The translations under genes and the position numbers were made by a program. Shown piece by piece: positions 55,065-64,000 of a stretch of 64,000 nucleotides of DNA (within the stretch, counting starts at the first letter, position 1; the number at the start of each line of letters is the position of its first letter). The notes under the pieces were generated by a model that did no database searches, had not been told where the DNA came from, and was given only the letters and a program-made list of their open reading frames with translations. Source of the stretch: the human T2T-CHM13v2.0 reference genome, Homo sapiens; the NCBI RefSeq assembly GCF_009914755.1, contig NC_060926.1, one strand, 5' to 3'.

Positions 55065-55379
55065 TTAAAACTACCGATTGGTTAGTGTCCTCTCTACCTT
55101 GGTAATAAATTCATTCATTTAATTCATAATTCATTCATTCAATTCATAATTCAGTTCCCCCTGAGAAAAAAATATTCACTTGTCATTAAAATCTCTCTGT
55201 ATCTTACTGATTTCAGATAGAAGTTAAATTTCACCTTAATAATAGAAATAAAAGAACTAGTTAAACTGACAAAAACTAATAAACGTTTGCTCAAATTTAC
55301 TGAGAGAGTCATGGGTACTTCATATAATAGTAACATTCTACCAGTTTTAAGTAAAATAAATAAGGAAACAATCTTAACT

Positions 55380-56290
55380 CCATCGCCTACCGGAAGGGAC
55401 GTGCCCCCGCTCCCAGGTGAGTGGGACCCTGCTCTCTGGGCGGTTTGCGCCGCGGTCTCTGGCACCTCTTGTTGGCAGCGTCGCCGTTGCAGGCACAGGG
55501 CAGGCATTGGGGGGCGGGCAGCGGGCCAGGCCCAGGTGACTCCTTTGCCAGGGGCTGGGCAGGAGGGGAGAGGGGCGGAGCGGTGCTGCCCTGGGCGAGG
55601 GAGCCTCCCGCTCTGGATGGTTCGCTGCCCCTGCCCCAGGAAGGCACTGCAGGATCTGGGTGGGGAAGGGGAGGGACGAGGGAACACAGGCCAGGGCAGG
55701 TTGCCCCTTAGACCTGGGTGATGCAGGAGGGGCTGTGGGAGACCAGAGAGGACCCGAAGCAGAAACCGGGAACTGATACCTCTGGCTGAATATTTGTCCT
55801 CTTGCTGAAGTTTGAAAGTCAGTTATTTCATTAAAGTTTAATTTTATTATAAAAATAACAACTATTAAAAATTCCCTGTAGTCACTGGAATGATAAATTT
55901 TGGTGCAGTTTCAGCATAACACTCTAATTATTCAAATTGTGGCCATGTTTCAAAATATATGCCATATATTTTTATGGCATCCACCCCTGTGTCCCTGTGT
56001 CCCGCATCCGCCTCTGTGTCCCTGCTGGCTCAGGAAACGAGCTTCTTCCTCCTTCCACAGACTCGAATCAGGCCGTCCTCCCTCCTGCGCCTGAGGCTGT
56101 CACGGGGACAGCCTGCCTTCGAATAGCCGGAGAACGCCCGGCCTGTGCCCTGTGCTCGGCCTGGTGTCCTGGCTCGTGCCCCTCAGAGCCCCGCACAAAG
56201 CAGTGTGACAGGTGTGGAAGGACCCAGCACCAGGCAGCGGTGAGCGGATGGATGCTCCAGGGATGTGGGGCTGCTGGCAGTCAAGAACCC
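55380..56290. promoter_or_regulatory. Two GC/CpG-rich blocks (55380-55780 and 55980-56290), possible promoter or first exon
   Basis: ccggaag ETS motif, ggggcggag and gggcggg GC boxes, and cccag|gtgagt donor at ~55417. Confidence 0.4.
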
Positions 56291-56609
56291 ATTGCCAAAT
56301 TCCATGGCATAATTTTGGATATTTTTCCCTTATATTTTTGTGTAAGGCTTTCAGACTTACACATTTTGAGTTTTAAAAAAAAATAGTATAAACTACAATT
56401 CTGACTTCTGTATTTTACATGTTGATAGCAAGTCTTCATACCGTTTTTTGTTAAAGGGGGCTATTCCCTCTCCATAGTTTGGCCTTTGCACCCTTGTTGA
56501 AGATCATTTTGACCATATATACAAGGTTTTGTGGAGAGAGGGGTCTCTATTATTTTCTATGTCTACACGTCTTGATTTAATACATTTCTTTTTAGATTTT
56601 CTCCTTTTT

Positions 56610-56902
56610 ACTTTTTGAGACAGGTTCTCTGTCATCTAGGCTGGGGTGCACTGGTGCGACCATGGCTCACTGCAGCCTTGCTCTCCCAGGCTTAAAAAAT
56701 CCTCTCACTTCAGCCTCTGGAATAGCTGAGACTACAGGTTCACGTCACATTGCCAGGTTAATTTTAATTTTAATTTTTTTTTTAGCGATGGATGTTCTCA
56801 CTAGGATGTCCAGTGTGGTTTGAACTCCTGGGTTCAAGCAATCCTCCTACCTCAGCCTCACAAAGTGCTGAGGTTACACATGTAAGCCATAGAACCTGGC
56901 CT
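56610..56902 (-). mobile_element. AluJ within an antisense L1M (~56290-58150)
   Basis: Diverged antisense Alu dimer; the flanks are L1M-like. Confidence 0.8.
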
Positions 56903-57640
56903 CAAAATACCACATTTGAAAAGAGTTCGACAGCACTGCAATTAGTTTTTGATTTAAAAATTGTGAGGGCTCCACAATTGACATTATTTTACAAGTTTAA
57001 TTGGCTATTTTCAATCTTGAGATTTCATATGTTTTAGAATTTTGTATTTCTGCAAGTAAATATTGTTATGATTTATATAGCTATTGCATTTAATCTGTTG
57101 TTGATTTCATTAGTATAGACTTAAGAATATTGTTTTCTAATTTATGAATATGGGATATCTTTTCAATTGTCTAATCTATAAATATAGAATATCTTCCCCA
57201 TTGTTTGTGACTTTTCTTCAGCAACATCTTGTAACTTCTAGTATACTAGTCTTACATCTCTTTGCTTGTTTATTCCAAAGTATATTCTTCTTAATGCTAT
57301 TTTCAATGGAATTTTAAAAACTTGGATTGTACCGTGTAATGAAGAGAAATACACTTAATTTTGTATTCTGCAATTTTGCTAAATGCAACTATTAGTTCTA
57401 ACAGGTATTGTTTTCAGCGTATAGGATTTTTTTGTATATAACATCATATCATAAGTAACAGGTACTTTTACTTCTTCCTTTAGAATGTGGATCTTTTCTT
57501 TTTTTCATTGCCTAGTTGTTTTGCCAGGACTTTCACTGCTATTTTTGAATAGATGTGGCAACAGTGAATATCTTGCCTTATTATTAATCTTAGAGGATAA
57601 ACTTTCCACAGTTCAGAATTCAGTATAATATTAGTGATGA

Positions 57641-57997
<357 letters not shown>

Positions 57998-58153
57998 TAG
58001 TTTCCTTTTATTTCTAGTTTATTGAGTGTTTTTTTTATCTTGAAAAGATGATTAATACTGTCAGTTGACTTTTCTGCATTATTTGAGATGATTGTGTGGT
58101 TTATATCTTTTACTCTGTTAATATGATATATTAAATTGATTGATTTAAACTCT

Positions 58154-60878
58154 CATTCCAATATAGCCAAATAGGAAGAGCTCTGGTCTGCAGCTCCCAG
58201 TGTGATCAATGCAAGATGGGTGATTTCTGCATTTCCAACTGAGCTACCTGATTCATCTCATTGGGACTGATTGGACAGTGAGTTCATCCCACGGAGGGTG
58301 AGCTGAAGCAGGGCAGGGCATCAACTCACCCAGGAAGTGCAAGGGGTTGGGGGATTTTCCTTTCCTAGCCAAAGGAAGGCATGACAGACTGTACCTGGAA
58401 AAACAGGACACTCTTGCCCAAATGGACATAAATGACCTGATGGAGCTGAAAAAACACAGCTCGAGAACTTCATGAAGCATACACAAGTCTCAATAGCCAA
58501 AGTGACCAAGCGGAAGAAAGGATATCAGAGTTTGAAGACCACCTTGCTGAAATAAAGCATGCAGACAAGATTAGAGAAAAAAGAATGAAAAAGAATGAAC
58601 AAAGCCTCCAAGAAATATGGGACTATGTAAAAAGACCGAACCTACTATTGATTGGAGTACCTGAAGGAGATCGAGCAAATGGAAATGAGCTGGAAAACAC
58701 TCTTCAGGCTGGGACTACACAGCCAAGGTTTTATATACAGGAGAACTTCCCCAACCTAGCAAGACAGGCCAACATGCAAATTCAGGAAATACAGAGAACA
58801 CCACTAAGATACTCCTCGAGAAGATCACCCCCAAGACACATAATCATCAGATTCTCCAAGGTCAAAATAAAGAAAAAAATATTAAGGGCAGCCAGAGAGA
58901 AAGGTCAGGTTACCTACAATAGTTTCATCAGACTAACAGCAGATCTCTCTGCAGAAACCCTACAAGCCAGAAGAGAGTGGGGGCCAATATTCAACATTTT
59001 TAAAGAACATAATTTTTAACCCAGAATTTCATATCCAGCCAAACTAACCTTCATAAGCAAAGGAGAAATAAAATCCTTTCCAGACAAGCAAATGCTGAGG
59101 GATTTCGTCATCACTAGGCCTGCCTTACAAGAGCTCCTGAAGGAAGCACTAAATATGGAAAGTCAAAACCAGTACCAGCCACTGCAAAAACACACCAAAA
59201 TACAGAAACCAATGACACTATGAAGAAATTGCATCAATTAGCATGCAAAATAACCAGATAGCATCATGATGACAGGATCTAATCCACACATAACAATACT
59301 AACCTTAAATGTAAATGGACTAAATGCCCCAATTGAAAGACACAGCCTGGCAAATTGGATAGAGTCAAGACCCAGTGGTGTGCTGTATTTGGGAGATGCA
59401 GCTCACATGCAAAGACACACATAGGCTCAAAATAAAGGGATGGAGGAAAATTTACCAAGCAAATGGAAAGAAAAAAAAAAGGCATGGGCTGCTATCCTAG
59501 TCTCTGACAAAACAGACTTCAAACCAACAAAGATCCAAAAAGACAAAGAAGGGCATTACATAATGGTAAGGGGATCAATTCAACAAGAAGAGCTAACTAT
59601 CTTAAATATATATGCATCCAATACAGGAGTACCCAGATTCATAAGACAAGTTTTTAGAGACCTACAAAGAGACTTAGACTCCCACACAATAATAGTGGGA
59701 GACTTTAACACCCAACTGTCAACGTTAGATGAACGAGACAGAAAATTAACAAGGATATTCGGGACTTGAACACAGTTCTGGATCAAGCAGACCTAATAGA
59801 CATCTACAGAACTCTTCACCCCAAATCAACAGAATATACATTCTTTTCAGTGTCACATGGCACTTATTCTAAAATTGACCACATAATTGGAAGTAAAACA
59901 CTCCTCAGCAAATGCAAAAGAACAAATCATAACAAACAGTCTCTCAGATCACAGTGCAATCGAATTAGAACCCAGAATTAAGAAGCTCCCTCAAAACCAC
60001 ACAACTACATGGAAAATGAACAGCCTGCTCCTGAATGACTCCTGGGTAAATAATGAAATTAAGGCAGAAATCAAGAAGTTCTGTGGCCAAAAACATATGA
60101 AAAAAGCTCAATGTCACTCATCATTAAAGAAATGCAAATCAAAACCACAATGAGATGCCATCTCACACCAGTCAGAATGGCGATTATTAAAAAGTCAAGA
60201 AACAATAGATGCTGGTGAGGTTGTGGAGAAATTGGAATGCTTTTGTACTATACGTGGGAGTGAAAATTAGTTCAACCATTGTGGAAGGCAGTGTGGCAAT
60301 TCCTCAAGGATCTAGAACCAGAAATACCATTTGACCCAGCAACCCCATTACTGGGTATATACCCAAAGGATTATATATCATTCTAGTATAAAGACACATG
60401 CACACATATGCTTATTGCAGCACTATTTACAACAGCAAAGACTTAGAACCAACCCAAATGCCCATCAATGATAGATTGGATAATGCAAGTGTGGTACATA
60501 TGCACCATGGAATACTATGCAGCCATGAAAAGGAATGAAATCATGTCCTTTGCACAGACATGGATGAAGCTGGAAGCCATCATCCTCAGCAAACTAACAC
60601 AGGAACAGAAAACCAAACATCGTATGTTCTCACTCATAAGTGGAAGTTGAACAATGCGAACACATGGACACAGGGAGGGGAACAAAACACTGGGGTCTGT
60701 CTGGGGTCGGGGGAGAGGTGAGGGAGAGCATCAGGACAAATACCTAACGCACGCAGGGCTTAAAACCTAGATGATGGGTTGATAGGTGCAGCAAACCACC
60801 ATGGCACATGTATACTTAGGTAACAAACCTGCACATTCTGCTCATGTATCCCAGAACTTAAAGTAAAATTAAAAAACA
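58154..60878 (+). mobile_element. L1PA (about PA7/PA8-like) retaining both ends but with two large internal deletions
   Basis: 5' UTR start (aataggaagagctctggtctgcagctcccag), ORF1 piece (NEQSLQEIWDYVKRPNL), endonuclease region from ATGACAGGATC at 59269, jump at ~60082 to the ORF2 C-terminus, then 3' UTR and A-rich tail. Confidence 0.92.
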
Positions 60879-61918
60879 GCCACAAAAAAGAAAGTCAAGC
60901 TCCTGAGTGGAAGAAGGAAAGCACTTACATCCTCAATACATATCTGGATGGTGGAGTCAAACTTGGGACTTTCCTTTACTCCCACCACCTCCAACTGCTG
61001 CCAGTGTTACTGTGTATCAGGAAGTAAACTTCACAGGCAGCCTCTGAGGCAGGAACTCTCACTAGCTGTTCTCCAGGTAAGGAAACTGGTGCCCAATTTG
61101 TTAAGTACCTTCCTTGAAGACACCTGGCTCGTATGTGAGGGAGTTGAGACTTGAACCTAGGCAGTCTGCAGGACGGAGCACAGAGCTGAGTATCAAAGGA
61201 TAAATGGATGGGGTTGGTGTGAGGGGAGAATAGGGTCTATTGAAAAGGAGCCACGATTTCTTCCTCAGTAGCTGGCACTGGTTGTTCTAGCAACACCAGC
61301 CATTCTCCCCACCCACACCCCTGCTGAAAGGCTGAGTTTCACTTCCAGTCCCTATGGGTGAATCCAGGGAGTCATATGTGAATCTGGTAGTCTCACCCCC
61401 ACTCACAGTTGACTGGATTAAAGTCGAGTATTTAACACAAAGGGAGTGAATCAGAACTCTCTCCTAGGACTGTGGACTAAAGACATTAAGTAAAGGATTC
61501 AGTTGCTGTGAGGCCACGTTGCAAGGTCAGTGTCAAGGCTGGAATCAGCACTTGGGGTTTTGGTAGAGAAGCATCCTCAGCTAAAGCTTTTACTTTTTCT
61601 TAAATTCATCCTTATCAGACTTTTAAGATAGATGCTCAGGGATCCCAGGGTCAGATGAAAGTAGGAGAAATCTATTGCTGCTATGCCAGGATCACCAGGT
61701 GAGCCTTGAGAAGCGCTGGAATTCATAGAGTCATAGCTCAGCAAAGGAAAAGAGGAGTCCACAGAGTCCAGCCAGTGATGCCCGTATAGCTGAGAAGGGT
61801 ACAGAAAGGTGAGGGCAGTGTCCAGATGACTGTCCCTCACCATCCTGGTCAGCCCCCTAGGTGTACAGGTGCACAGGTAGGAAGTCCTGAGCTTACTCTG
61901 TGTGGGAAAGCCAAGGTT

Positions 61919-62237
61919 TTGTTTTCTGTTTTTTTTTGTTTGTTTGTTTGGAAGCGGGGTCTCACTCTGTCACCTAGACTGGAATGCAGTGGTGTGATCT
62001 TGGCTTACTAAAACCTCCACCTCCCAGGCTCAGGTGATCCTCCCACCTAGCCTCCCAATTAGCTGGGACTACACAGGCACATGCTGCCACACCTGGCTAA
62101 TTTTTGTATTTTTTGTTGAGATGGGGTTTTGCCATGTTGCCCAGGCTAGTCTTGAACTCCTGAGCTCAAGCAGTCCACCCACCTCGGCCTCCCAAAGTAC
62201 TGGGATTACAGGGTTGAGCCATTGTACCAGGCCTGGG
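61919..62237 (-). mobile_element. AluJ
   Basis: Antisense dimer; target-site duplication agccaaggtt at 61909 and 62238. Confidence 0.88.
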
Positions 62238-62569
62238 AGCCAAGGTTCTACATACAGATTTTTAACACAGAATTCTTAAAGCTAACAAAATATCACCAAC
62301 ACCTTATTAGGGGAAAGCAGAATGTTCCCTTATAAGTAATTTACTATTATGAAGTGGTTTGGTGAGGGTGGGGGGTTCAAGGTGACCTGGCCAGAAAATT
62401 GGGCTTTTTCTAGCTTTACACATGGCAAGGCAGAGCTACAGGGGAGTCAAAGTTAGTGAGAAGCAAAACCTTAAGAGTGTTTCAGGGGGGGTCCTTTTCC
62501 AGATTGGACAACAGCGAACTGGCCTTTCTTTCCTGATAGTCACAGACCTCAGCCCTGCTTACAGAGTCT

Positions 62570-62930
62570 GTGCACAAATTATCTTTGTGCTCTATAGTTT
62601 ACCTTTTGACTTAAAGAGTCAATTTTCACCTCACTTTCATGCTAAAACTTCACCCCAAACTGAACATGGAATGTACGTTTCATATATGTTTACTCACTAC
62701 ACACACTCCTGACTTCCCTTATGAATATTCATAGATTTCCTCCAAACCTGATGAATATGTATGTAAGGCTAACCTTGCAAGGCATGAATATACCAGCTTT
62801 CCTTTCCCTTCCATGGAGCACATACTTTGTTTTCCTTGGAGGTGGCATTCCCCAATATGCAGATTATTTCTCCCTCTGAAAATAAAGTTTTCTCCTTTCC
62901 TTCCTCCATGAGGCTTTTTTGTTTACAATC
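62570..62930 (+). mobile_element. ERV1-type LTR fragment
   Basis: atgctaaaac...atgaatattcatag...aataaagttttctcctttc...aca; subfamily not assigned. Confidence 0.5.
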
Positions 62931-63067
62931 CTCATCCTCTGCCATATGTCTTCTGCTGGGTTCTCCTAAAGTAGACCTGGAGTTCGAGACTCATGTGTAA
63001 ATTGTCTGTTAAGGAAGTGTTCCCTGGAGGGCATGGAGAGGAGGAAGAAACGAGACAGGGCTGTGAT

Positions 63068-63389
63068 ATTTATTTATTTTATTATACTTTAAGTTCTAGG
63101 GTACATGTGCACAACGTGCAGGTTTGTTACATATGTATACACATGCCATGTTGGTGTGCTGCACCCATTAAGTCGTCATTTACATTAGGTATATCTCCTA
63201 ATGTTATCCCTCCCCCCTCCCCCAACCCTATGACAGGCCCAGGGGTGCGATGTTCCCCTTCCTGTTTCCAAGTGTTCTCATTGTTCAATTCCCACCTATG
63301 AGTGAGAACATGCGGTGTTTGGTTTTTTGTCCTTGAGATAGTTGGCTGAGAATGATGGTTTCCAGCTTCATCCATGTCCCTACAAAGGA
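63068..63389 (-). mobile_element. L1PA 3' end fragment
   Basis: ttattatactttaagttctagggtacatgtgcacaacgtgcagg...tccatgtccctacaaagga. Confidence 0.92.
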
Positions 63390-64000
63390 GTGAAGTCCGC
63401 TCCTCAGCTTGATGCCATGGGGCGCTCTGGAGTGGGAATTACCCCACAGTTTATCCCATCTCAAGACAAAGGAGTGGGACTTTCACACTCCCACACCCTT
63501 AGTAGTTAGTGCACGGGCAATCACTGAAGAAGGGAACACGTGCTGGCCATTAGGAGCCAAGCATGGAGAAGCTGTGAGACACTGCTGAAGGGATTTTGTA
63601 GGCACGTAGGTGGAGGTCAACCAGAAGACAAGTGAGCCGGGATCAGAGCTACCCAGCCAACCTGCAGCTGTGTGAGAAGGGAAGGCTTTTTGGCCTGTAC
63701 CAGTGAGATTTTTTTGTTGTTTGTCATGCAGCATTATTGCAGCAGTAGCTAACGGTAAGTTATTGTGATTTTTTGGCTCCTTATGGTTTTCCAGTGCTTT
63801 GAAATGCAGCTGGACATTCTGCTGCTGGGTTCTGTGGCATACAAAGGATCCTAATTTTAAAAAACAAAACAAACATTTCGACTTCAGCTAGTTTAAGCCG
63901 TTTCTCTTTCCTTGCAAGGAAAAGATTTCCCACCTATCAGCTATGCAGCTGCGGTCGTTCAGGTTAAGATATGATTTAACATACTCTGTGGCTTCTTCTT

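Noticed and set aside
55461-55480. CTCF site ggcacctcttgttggcag
   Set aside because: It mismatches a highly conserved core position; too weak to call without ChIP data.
58585-60650. Functional L1 ORF1/ORF2
   Set aside because: Broken by stops and frameshifts, and the RT domain is deleted.

Overview
Primate (almost certainly human) repeat-rich genomic DNA; it is not prokaryotic, and I found no rRNA, tRNA or CRISPR array. It looks like a segmental-duplication mosaic. (1) Positions ~1-45.7 kb resemble a copy of a KRAB zinc-finger cluster segment. It holds a ZNF285 paralogue that I recognise from memory as ZNF806/ZNF285CP (2q21.2), with coding exons at 3651-3665, 7210-7336 and ~11450-13077. This paralogue has a damaged last splice acceptor and two mutually compensating frameshifts. 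Downstream lie three mutually homologous ZNF143/ETS-type promoter/first-exon modules (~27, ~31.5, ~41.8 kb), and I could find no coding body after them. (2) At ~45.75 kb an abrupt junction leads into an L1 fragment, a degenerate interstitial telomeric (CCCTAA)n tract, TAR1 subtelomeric sequence and a CpG island made of a ~290-326 bp GC-rich tandem repeat (probably the FAM201B region). (3) The rest is mostly L1/Alu/LTR sequence. It includes a doubly deleted L1PA carrying a short insertion apparently copied from 3.4-3.5 kb downstream. I cannot show a new protein-coding system. The best candidate for undescribed biology is an orphan ZNF promoter and a TERRA-type promoter facing each other across an interstitial telomere, followed by the frame-rescued KRAB-ZNF. 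Locus and repeat-subfamily names come from recall, not from a database search.
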